Assembly (NCBI GenBank): GCA_038998335.1
Contig: JAVZHQ010000001.1
Location: 594,165-658,164, forward strand
Direction: 5' to 3'
DNA: 64,000 bases
Origin: Candidatus Aenigmatarchaeota archaeon
GTDB taxonomy: Archaea > Aenigmatarchaeota > Aenigmatarchaeia > CG10238-14 > SCSR01
The notes under the pieces were generated by a model. That model did not search any database. It was not told where the DNA came from and saw only the letters and a program-made list of their open reading frames with translations. Below are positions 51,615-59,159 of the stretch, piece by piece (position 1 is the stretch's first letter; every line of letters begins with the position of its first letter). A program made the translations under genes and the position numbers.

Positions 51615-52523
51615 TTATCTTAAGATTTCTTTGACAGTAAAAACTTCCTTTCTTCTAAACTTAAATGTATAAGAAAATTCTGCAGAAATTGGTGCTATAC
51701 TTTCAAATTCTGAGATAACAAGAGGCCTTAAGTTGCAAATTAACTCAGCGGGAACTTTCAAATCTTCTTTTGGATAAAGGTTATTACCAACTTCTTCAAA
51801 TTCGCAGTAAAGATTTGGCTCTTTTTCAAAATTATTATTAAGGTTGATAGCAAAATCGGACTTTGATATCATTATAGGTTCATAATTTGTAATAGTTCCT
51901 ACATATCTTACTTTTATTTTCAGTTCAAAGGGTTCGTCACTTATCACCCAATACTCCTTAATTATCTGTTTATCTATAGTTGTAGTTCTTTGGGCAGGAA
52001 ATTCAAACTCAAGTAGAACTGGCCCTAAAGAAGGAGGAGTTTGAGAAAACTTGGCTTTGGGGGTTACAGAGATATCGTTAACTATTGGTATTCTTGCTTC
52101 TCTATATCCTTTCCAAGGATAGCTTATCTCATACTCTACAAAAGGATTTTTTATTGTATGCTCAGGAACTTTAAGCGTAAGCTTTATGATTCTTGTCTCT
52201 AAACTTCCAAAACCATTAAAAACACAACCGCTATCTTCTCTAATACCTTCTTCGCACCGAAGCTCTTTTAATTCTAAACCTACTATATTATCAAATTCTA
52301 TTCTAAGATTATCCACGCTTTTATCTCCGTTGTTTTTTAAGAGAATTTGCAAAGATGTTGTACTTCCTGGATATGGGTTTGAATTTGAAATGGTTGTATG
52401 CTCTACTGTTATTATATCATTTTTATACTTAGTTTGATCTGTAGGCTGTTGTTGGCCTAGAAGAGTGCAGCCAGAGAGAAATACAAACACAAGTAAAAAT
52501 AAAAGTATGGCATAACTTTTCAT
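51615..52523 (-). CDS. Lipobox-bearing secreted protein (paralog B)
   Basis: The first 30 aa and the 5' UTR are identical to paralog A. The mature part is diverged (SLQILLKNNGDKSVDNLRIEF). Confidence 0.8.
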   Translation of the reverse strand: MKSYAILLFLLVFVFLSGCTLLGQQQPTDQTKYKNDIITVEHTTISNSNPYPGSTTSLQILLKNNGDKSVDNLRIEFDNIVGLELKELRCEEGIREDSGCVFNGFGSLETRIIKLTLKVPEHTIKNPFVEYEISYPWKGYREARIPIVNDISVTPKAKFSQTPPSLGPVLLEFEFPAQRTTTIDKQIIKEYWVISDEPFELKIKVRYVGTITNYEPIMISKSDFAINLNNNFEKEPNLYCEFEEVGNNLYPKEDLKVPAELICNLRPLVISEFESIAPISAEFSYTFKFRRKEVFTVKEILR

Positions 52524-52537
52524 TCTATCTCCTAATA
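52435..52537 (-). repeat. 103-nt exact direct repeat, copy 2 (5' UTR plus signal peptide of paralog B)
   Basis: Identical to 51485..51587. The offset is 950 nt. Confidence 0.95.
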
Positions 52538-52563
52538 AATAATTTAACTAAGTAAATTATTAT

Positions 52564-53343
52564 ATGGCTAACTTTTACGATTACCTTGACTTTCTTCTTA
52601 AGCCAGCAATAGAAACAGGCTATACTTGGGATAAAACTTTGCTCTATGGTATAATTCTGATTGTAGCAGTCTTACTGATTTTTAAGATGCTTAAAAAACT
52701 TAAGGTTAAAGTTGATGGAAAATTTTCTTTAGCAGTATTTCCTTTTGTAATTTTTGGCGGAGTTTTAAGAGTTTTGAGAGATTTAGGAATTCTAACTTCC
52801 TTTCTCTTTGCTACTCCTTACATTTACTTTTTAGTTGCCTTCATTACCATTTTAACTCTTCTCATTTCTTTACTTATAGAGAAAAAGTTCGGAATTTCTT
52901 ACAGTAAAATTGTTTTTTTAACTGGTTTTATTCTTTTTTCCTTAACAATAGCGAAAATTCCCCAACTGGACTTAACTAGGGTATTTTATGTCCTAACTTT
53001 CTCTTTTCCATTTCTTGCTCTCATTCTTCTTGTAAAATGGAAAAGAGAAAATAAGGTAGTAACTTTAATCCAAACTTTTGACGGAATCGTAACTTTTGTT
53101 TCTATAAACTTTTTTGGCTACTCTGAACAACATGTTCTCCCAACTCTTTTGATTCAAACTTTTGGAAGTTTTACTTTTCCACTAATTAAAATAATAGCAA
53201 TAGTTATTGCTTTGGTTTTAATTGACAAGTTTTTTGAAGATAATGAGTTAAAAAATTTTGTCAAGCTTTGCATAGCAATTTTAGCAGGAGGAACAAGCAC
53301 AAGAGATTTTACTTGCCTACTTTCTTCCTGTTCACCTTCTTAA
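52564..53343 (+). CDS. Polytopic membrane protein (possibly DUF63-like)
   Basis: 259 aa with about 7 hydrophobic segments. The family guess is from memory only. Confidence 0.55.
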   Translation: MANFYDYLDFLLKPAIETGYTWDKTLLYGIILIVAVLLIFKMLKKLKVKVDGKFSLAVFPFVIFGGVLRVLRDLGILTSFLFATPYIYFLVAFITILTLLISLLIEKKFGISYSKIVFLTGFILFSLTIAKIPQLDLTRVFYVLTFSFPFLALILLVKWKRENKVVTLIQTFDGIVTFVSINFFGYSEQHVLPTLLIQTFGSFTFPLIKIIAIVIALVLIDKFFEDNELKNFVKLCIAILAGGTSTRDFTCLLSSCSPS

Positions 53344-54452
53344 CCCATATAACTGATAATTAGAGTAACATCAGCCAAATTATAGAAACCGTCAGGAGGT
53401 TCTGTAGAAAAGGATATAAGATTCATTCCTTTTCTTAAATTTATTTCACCAGGATAAAGTGTTTTGCTTATAATTTCACCAGCTTTTTTATTAACCTTAT
53501 AAGCTTCTTTTTCGTTTATTTTTACTATCAAATCTTTTGTTGGGTTAGAGTCTTTAACTCTTGCACTAAGTAAAGCGTACTTAAAATTGTTAACCTCTTT
53601 ATCACCAAGCTCAAAATTAAAACTTTTCTCACTAACTCCATAGTAAAATATTCCAAACTTTGCACTAGAGATTTTGTAAACAGTGCTCATCCAGAACTTC
53701 CATCCAGGCAAACCTGCTTTTATTGTAACATAGTTTGATTTCTCTATTTTAGAAGCATTTAGTGGGATAACTACTTCTCCAGGTTTTACGTTTTGGTTGT
53801 AAACTTCTTCGCCGTTAAACTCAACTATCAAATTTCCTGCGTTGTTTGTATCTTCTACCAAAATACTGATAAAACCACCGTTGATCATTCGAAACATTTC
53901 CTCGCTTATTGATTCATGTGTTAGAGTTGAGGAATACTCTGAAAAATAACCTTTAGAAACCTCAAAACTATACTTTGAAGCTAAAACTTCTGAACCAACT
54001 GAATGACTTACAGAAAAGTCTCCAAAGTAAAAGTTTCTCTGGAGTTGCTGAACTAGAACTTTTGTTACGTTTATGGTTACAGGAATCGAGACATTTCCAC
54101 CAGTAAAAGCTATTTGAATCTTTCCTCTGTATACTTTTTCGACTGTCATTTCTGGCACAAATATAGTAACAGTAACAACTTCTGAACCAGAAACGTCAAA
54201 ATTTTCTTTATCAAAACTTAAGAAAGACCTTACTTCTCCTGTTACTATAAAAGTAACGTTTGTTGCAGTACCGTTTAAATTTAACTCTAAAGTTTGATAA
54301 TTTCCTGGTTCAATTTTTACTGAAATGGAAGAAGGAGTAACGTTCAAAAATTCTGGTGGTGCTGAAGTCCAAGCCACCATCATGACTATTATTAGAACAA
54401 GCCCTGCGAGTAAAACAAAGGCAAACTCGTCTATTCTTGCCTGTGCTTTCAA
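53340..54452 (-). CDS. N-terminally anchored extracellular beta-rich protein
   Basis: MKAQARIDEFAFVLLAGLVLIIVMMVAW is followed by beta-strand-like sequence with N-x-S/T sites. No family recognised. Confidence 0.65.
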   Translation of the reverse strand: MKAQARIDEFAFVLLAGLVLIIVMMVAWTSAPPEFLNVTPSSISVKIEPGNYQTLELNLNGTATNVTFIVTGEVRSFLSFDKENFDVSGSEVVTVTIFVPEMTVEKVYRGKIQIAFTGGNVSIPVTINVTKVLVQQLQRNFYFGDFSVSHSVGSEVLASKYSFEVSKGYFSEYSSTLTHESISEEMFRMINGGFISILVEDTNNAGNLIVEFNGEEVYNQNVKPGEVVIPLNASKIEKSNYVTIKAGLPGWKFWMSTVYKISSAKFGIFYYGVSEKSFNFELGDKEVNNFKYALLSARVKDSNPTKDLIVKINEKEAYKVNKKAGEIISKTLYPGEINLRKGMNLISFSTEPPDGFYNLADVTLIISYMG

Positions 54453-54505
54453 AAAAACACCTAATTTAACTTTGTTTTTTTAACAATTAATTTTTATTTA
54501 TTATT

Positions 54506-55165
54506 ATGAAAACTATTGAAAAAAACTTTGAAAAGGGTTTTGTAAGGCTTATTCCTGAGAATTTTTTAGACTTATGGCATCTTTCTAAAATAATTGAAGT
54601 TAAAGATAGAATAACAGCTAGAACTACAAGAAACATTTTTGTTGAAAGAGAAGGAAAAAAGGAAAAATCAAGAAAAGTTGCTTTAGTTCTTTCTCTCGAA
54701 GTAGAAAAAGTTGAGCTAGAAAAAAATAAGTTAAGAATAAAGGGAAAGATAGTAGAAGCTCCGGAAGAAGTTCAAAAAGGAAGTTATCACACGATTGAAA
54801 TTCTTATAGGAAATAGTTTTACTTTAGAGAAAAAAGAGTGGAAAAAAGAACAAGTAGAAAAAATAGAAAAACTAACAAAAAGAATTAAAAAAGCTACTTC
54901 GCTGAAAGAGTTTTTTGTTCATATAAACAAGCTTGACGGCTTAGCAATTTATGGTTTGGAAGAAGTTAGAAACGCTGCTTTAATTGGAGCGATAAAAATT
55001 CTTTTTGTTCCTTTTGAAAATTTGAGTGAAAAAATTGAGGAAGTAATAGAAGAGGTGGAGAAAAAAGGCGGAGAAATAGAGTTCGTTAGCGAGAAGGAAG
55101 AGCTTGGTAAAAAATTTTTGAAAGAACATGGAATTGGAGCAATTCTCAGGTTTAAAATTAGCTAG
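54506..55165 (+). CDS. Pelota/Dom34-like protein, short form (219 aa) apparently lacking the central domain
   Basis: The N-terminus GFVRLIPENFLDLWHLSKIIEVKDRITARTTR...LRIKGKIVEAPEEVQKGSYHTIEI is the Pelota domain-1 pattern. The C-terminus LAIYGLEEVRNAALIGAIKILFV...GGEIEFVS...HGIGAILRFKI is the eRF1_3-like domain. Only about 25 aa link the two. Confidence 0.7.
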   Translation: MKTIEKNFEKGFVRLIPENFLDLWHLSKIIEVKDRITARTTRNIFVEREGKKEKSRKVALVLSLEVEKVELEKNKLRIKGKIVEAPEEVQKGSYHTIEILIGNSFTLEKKEWKKEQVEKIEKLTKRIKKATSLKEFFVHINKLDGLAIYGLEEVRNAALIGAIKILFVPFENLSEKIEEVIEEVEKKGGEIEFVSEKEELGKKFLKEHGIGAILRFKIS

Positions 55166-55346
55166 CTCTTTTCTTCAAAGAAGTTATGTAGCCTGCTATC
55201 ATGTTCCTTAACTTCTTTGATTTTATTTCTATAAGTTGTTTAACAACTTCTTTATTCTTGGAAAAATCACTTGAAAACTTGTCTGGATATTTTTCTACAA
55301 GCTCTAAAGCGATGCTTTTGACAAAAGAAGTTTTAATTCTTCCCAT
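55158..55346 (-). CDS. rps17e: 30S ribosomal protein S17e
   Basis: MGRIKTSFVKSIALELVEKYPDKFSSDFSKNKEVVKQLIEIKSKKLRNMIAGYITSLKK. The start is taken at the MGR methionine. Confidence 0.9.
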   Translation of the reverse strand: MGRIKTSFVKSIALELVEKYPDKFSSDFSKNKEVVKQLIEIKSKKLRNMIAGYITSLKKRAS

Positions 55347-55382
55347 GCAAATCACTCGCTTTTCTGAAATACATAGAGACCA

Positions 55383-55949
55383 CTAAGGTGTGACTCTTGA
55401 TAAAGAATAATAAGTTACATCTCCTTCCTTATCTACAACAGCCCACCACATAGTAGCTCTTATGTTGTGTGCAAGCCTAACTGCACGAGACATTTCTGGT
55501 AATGAAAAAGCAGCTTCCTCAGCAACTGCATGAACTATTGCTTTTGTATGCTCATGAGGTGCTTTTGGTCCTCTCTTCAGTTTAACTCCTCTTTCATAAA
55601 GTCTAAAGTGAGCACCAAACTTGAAACCAGTTTTAACAAGATAACCTCTATTCCTTAAGTCCCGATAAACTATAAATTGTGGATGAAATTGGTTAACATT
55701 TTTTGTTCCTATTTCTATTAATTCAGAAAGTTCGATTTTTCTTTTTTTATCATTTTCTTTAACAAAAACTCTAATCTTTCCCTTTTCAAGTAAGTAAGCA
55801 GCCTCTACCAAATCCAACTCAAGTCTGTTTGGGTTTTCTTCTGGTAACGGTTTACCATAACCAGAATCATCGTAAAGAATTACTGCTTCAGGATCCCAAA
55901 TTATTACTCTATTTTCTAATAGTTCACCTTCCCAAACTTTTTCGCTCAT
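55383..55949 (-). CDS. endA: tRNA-splicing endonuclease subunit (EndA family, 188 aa)
   Basis: VYRDLRNRGYLVKTGFKFGAHFRLYERG...HEHTKAIVHAV...RLAHNIRATMWWAVVDKEGDVTYYSL is collinear with the Methanocaldococcus EndA C-terminal domain. Confidence 0.88.
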   Translation of the reverse strand: MSEKVWEGELLENRVIIWDPEAVILYDDSGYGKPLPEENPNRLELDLVEAAYLLEKGKIRVFVKENDKKRKIELSELIEIGTKNVNQFHPQFIVYRDLRNRGYLVKTGFKFGAHFRLYERGVKLKRGPKAPHEHTKAIVHAVAEEAAFSLPEMSRAVRLAHNIRATMWWAVVDKEGDVTYYSLSRVTP

Positions 55950-55983
55950 GAAATCACTTATTCTTTATAATTTAGCTTATACC

Positions 55984-56496
55984 TTAAATTTTTAATTGTT
56001 TCCTGCATTTTTCGCAAACATTTTTTGTTTTTCTGTCAACATCGAAAACAGTGTTTGAAAAACACATTACGCATTCTGGATTTTCACAGTGTTTTAAGCC
56101 TAAAACATGACCCATTTCATGTATAGCTTCTTTTACTGCTCTTTTTATTAAAATTTCTTCGTTGTAAGCCTGTTTGTAAAAAGTGGGGTTAAGTCTTGCG
56201 ATGGAAACTACAGCGACTCTTCCATTTAGCTGGGCTTGACCAAAAACAAAGTTTAGTTCTTCTGCGTACAAATCTTGGTCTGTTATACCCAAAATTCTTC
56301 CCTTAAAGTTTCTTGAAAGAAAGTCTAAGATTTGAGGGGCTATGTACTGATGTCTGTAAGGATTGTAATATTCTTTTGGTAAACCTTTTTCTGGAAGAAT
56401 TTCTGAAATTAAACCAAATTCGTTTCTTAGCTCGTCTTTTACACTGTTTAAAACTCTTTCAGGAATTTTTCCAAAGGGAATTATTGTCAATTTCAT
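55984..56496 (-). CDS. amzA: Archaemetzincin (peptidase M54)
   Basis: HEMGHVLGLKHCENPECVMCFSNTVFDVDRKTKNVCEKCRKQL is the extended HExxHxxGxxH motif plus the Cys4 zinc site. Confidence 0.9.
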   Translation of the reverse strand: MKLTIIPFGKIPERVLNSVKDELRNEFGLISEILPEKGLPKEYYNPYRHQYIAPQILDFLSRNFKGRILGITDQDLYAEELNFVFGQAQLNGRVAVVSIARLNPTFYKQAYNEEILIKRAVKEAIHEMGHVLGLKHCENPECVMCFSNTVFDVDRKTKNVCEKCRKQLKI

Positions 56497-56663
56497 AATT
56501 AAATAATGGTTAAAAGAATAAAAAGAATTAACTAGTTAAAATTTTTTAGTAGTTTTAAAACAATAAAAAATTATGCATTCAAAAATTGAAACTTGTTATG
56601 AAAAAATTTGTAAAATGGCAAGAGTTGCCTCAAGCGTTAATAGAGAATATGTATAAAAACTTA

Positions 56664-56766
56664 TGGGACAGGAGGGATTTGAACCCTCGACACACCGGTA
56701 ACCGCTTAGTTCTTCAGCCGGTTGCTCTCCCGGGCTGAGCTTACAGCACATTAGTGATACTGTCCC
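56664..56766 (-). tRNA. tRNA-Phe (anticodon GAA) with two introns: 17 nt at 9/10 (56741-56757) and 12 nt at 37/38 (56699-56710)
   Basis: Minus-strand read: GGGACAG UA [UCACUAAUGUGCUGUAA] GCUC AGCCCGGGA GAGC A ACCGG CUGAAG[AACUAAGCGGUU]A CCGGU GUGUC GAGGG UUCAAAU CCCUC CUGUCCC A. The mature form would be 74 nt. Confidence 0.8.
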
Positions 56767-57538
56767 TACGACTGTCCCATTTCCTACATAATAAAATGGT
56801 TTCTAATTTATTTTGCTTGTTTAGATTTTGAAATCCTATCTCCTCTTTAAAATTAATTAATGAATTTAACCTTTTAATACGTAACCTTATTCCACAAGTT
56901 ATTACCCCATCCTTTCGTACATTGAGTGTGTTTGATATAAATATTGTTGATTTTATATTAAAGAATTTTTCAAGACCTTCTTTAATCTCATTTAAGAATT
57001 GGAAACCATTATCAAGTAAATTTTGGGATTTCCACATTTCCAAACCTATAAATGGGTTGTGTTTGCTGATGTCGACCGTGCCTTCACAATTGAAAACCAT
57101 CCTAACAAAACTTCTGAAACACTCTTTTTCGTTTTTAATCCAAGTTGGTACAGAAAACTCTTGCATTACCTTACAACCTTTTGGAACCCCTACTAAATGA
57201 AGTACTCTACTCAACAATTTACAATTCACGCCAAAATTGAAAGTTTTTCCAAATTTGTTTCCCTTACAAGGCCTCACTCTTCCTTTGATACCGAACAAAT
57301 TAAAAATTTCATTTCCAAATATTTCTAACTCTTGGAGATCTTTTGAAGTAAAATCAAATCTCCATTTAGGTTCACCTTGGAGATGCCCATCACACATCAA
57401 GGCTGCAACTATAGATGCTAGTTGTGGAGAAGAACGAACAGGAAACCAATTGCTATGTAAATTAATTGAATTTATTGCATGATCTCTCGATTTGAATAAC
57501 TTTATTACATCTTCTTCAGTTACTAAAATCTCACTCAT
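56741..57538 (-). CDS. Double-motif LAGLIDADG homing-endonuclease-like protein
   Basis: Motif 1 LASIVAALMCDGHL and motif 2 FVRMVFNCEGTV are about 100 aa apart. ATG at 57538 (the track start 57547 is GTG). The stop codon (56741-56743) is the last 3 nt of tRNA-Phe intron 1. Confidence 0.7.
   Translation of the reverse strand: MSEILVTEEDVIKLFKSRDHAINSINLHSNWFPVRSSPQLASIVAALMCDGHLQGEPKWRFDFTSKDLQELEIFGNEIFNLFGIKGRVRPCKGNKFGKTFNFGVNCKLLSRVLHLVGVPKGCKVMQEFSVPTWIKNEKECFRSFVRMVFNCEGTVDISKHNPFIGLEMWKSQNLLDNGFQFLNEIKEGLEKFFNIKSTIFISNTLNVRKDGVITCGIRLRIKRLNSLINFKEEIGFQNLNKQNKLETILLCRKWDSRRDSITNVL
56788..56797 (-). promoter_or_regulatory. TATA-box-like element for tRNA-Phe, embedded in the 3' end of the LAGLIDADG ORF
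   Basis: Minus-strand ATTTTATTAT spans -31 to -22 relative to the tRNA 5' end (56766). Confidence 0.35.
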
Positions 57539-57638
57539 TTTTAACACAAAATAAATAAGAGATAGCCATTTATTTATCTTTCGAAAGTTTAGTTCCGGTA
57601 AGTTCTTCTTTTAAGAACTTAGAATCTCTACAAACTAT

Positions 57639-58319
57639 TTATTTCTTACCAAGCCTAAACTTTATTCCCTCTTTTATAATAAAAATTAATACCCCCAAAA
57701 CAACTCTTACTCCTCTTATTATTCCACTTTTCTTCTTGTAAAGAACTTTTACAGGAACTTGTTTTATTTTAAGCCTATTTTTTAAGGCTTGAATAAACAA
57801 AGCATTTTCTATTATGTAGCCTCCATAAACAGCCTTGCTTAAAGTTTTAATTTTGTTTCCAGCTATAGCTATTAAACCACAATTTGTATCTTTAAAGCTA
57901 GTTCCAAAAAGTAGATTAAAAGAGTTCTTCCATACAAAATTTCCAAGTTTATGTCTAAAAGGAATTTTTTTAAAATCTCTATAGCCTGTAACAAACTCAG
58001 CTTCTTTTGCTTCTATCGGAGCTAAAAGTTTTAAGGCTTCTTCTGGGAAGTATTGTAAATCAGCATCAAGAAGAACAACGGCCTTGACATCTTTCCTTCT
58101 TTTCAGGAATTCAAAGCCTGTTTTTAAAGCTTCGCCTTTTCCTTTGTTTACTTCATGTTTTAACACTATGGCTCCAGCTTTTTTTGCTAGCTCGTAAGTT
58201 TTATCATGAGAGCAATCGTCGATAACTATTGGAACCATATCAAGTTTTTTAACTCTTTTTACAACTTCATAAATCGTTTTTTCCTCGTTATAAGCTGGTA
58301 TTAGACTAAAAACTTTCAT
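57639..58319 (-). CDS. Family-2 glycosyltransferase (dolichyl-phosphate hexose synthase-like)
   Basis: SLIPAYNEEKTIYEVVKRV...VIDDCSHDKTYELAKKAGA...NKGKGEALKTGF...LLDADLQY shows the GT-A fold DxD. Confidence 0.85.
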   Translation of the reverse strand: MKVFSLIPAYNEEKTIYEVVKRVKKLDMVPIVIDDCSHDKTYELAKKAGAIVLKHEVNKGKGEALKTGFEFLKRRKDVKAVVLLDADLQYFPEEALKLLAPIEAKEAEFVTGYRDFKKIPFRHKLGNFVWKNSFNLLFGTSFKDTNCGLIAIAGNKIKTLSKAVYGGYIIENALFIQALKNRLKIKQVPVKVLYKKKSGIIRGVRVVLGVLIFIIKEGIKFRLGKK

Positions 58320-58565
58320 AAATAGGTTAAGAAAAAATAAACTTTTAAAGGTAAACTTTTTTGATTTCAGCCCACCAATTTTTTCGATTGTACAGATTAA
58401 GAGTATCTATAAGCTTATCAAAACTTTCCTTTGATTCAAAAATTGAAGGACGAGAATCTGGCAGGTAAATATGAAAAAATTTTTTTCTACTTTTTGGGTT
58501 TTTAGCTCTACTAAAATTTCATAAACAGGTTCTGTTGCTTTTCCTTTTAAAAATGGTTAAAGTAG

Positions 58566-59108
58566 CTAAAGATTTATTTTTAAACTTCTCAAAGTATCTT
58601 CAAAAATTTTGTAAGTTTTTGAATCGTAAAGGAAAAACACAACTCTTTCTATGTTCGTTTTTTCCTTCAAGTAGTTTATAATAGCTTCTAACATTATTCT
58701 TGCACATCTTTCTTTTGGAAAACCAAAAGCTCCTGTTGAGATAGCAGGAAAAGCTATGCTTCTCAAATTATACTTTTCAGCAAGCTTTAGGCTATTCAAA
58801 GTTGCGTTTCTTAACTTTTCGTCTTCATTTCCTTCCCCATAAACAGGACCAACCGCATGGATAACATATTTTACTTTTAGGTTTCCTCCTGAAGTTATTC
58901 TTGCTTCCCCAACAGGACAAAAACCTATTTTATCGCACTCTTCCTGAATTTTTGGTCCGCCTTTTTTTCTTATCGCTCCTGCTACTCCTCCGCCAAGCTT
59001 AAGTTTAGAGTTAGCAGCGTTAACTATTGTATCGCCTTCGAAATCTGTTATATCACCTTGAATAAGTTCTAAAATGCTTTTGTTAATTTTTACTTTCATA
59101 ACGCTCAA
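58566..59108 (-). CDS. Macro-domain protein (ADP-ribose / O-acetyl-ADP-ribose processing)
   Basis: LIQGDITDFEGDTIVNAANSKLKLGGGVAGAIRKKGG...VIHAVGPVY...SIAFPAISTGAFGFP. Confidence 0.9.
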   Translation of the reverse strand: MSVMKVKINKSILELIQGDITDFEGDTIVNAANSKLKLGGGVAGAIRKKGGPKIQEECDKIGFCPVGEARITSGGNLKVKYVIHAVGPVYGEGNEDEKLRNATLNSLKLAEKYNLRSIAFPAISTGAFGFPKERCARIMLEAIINYLKEKTNIERVVFFLYDSKTYKIFEDTLRSLKINL

Positions 59109-59159
59109 AAATTTAGAGAAAAATACTGTTTAAATAATTTTCGGTAAAAATTACTTTAC

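Noticed and set aside
57581-57620. AGAAGAACUUACCGG upstream of the LAGLIDADG ORF resembles the tRNA-Phe anticodon/intron region (GAAGAACU..UACCGG), hinting at a second tRNA fragment as in the Asn locus
   Set aside because: The match needs a 7-nt gap. The GAAGAACUU part belongs to a perfect 8-bp hairpin (AAGUUCUU-AAAAG-AAGAACUU, 57600-57620) lying 19 nt after the GT2 stop, so a structural or 3'-end element is the simpler explanation. No acceptor or D-arm sequence is present.
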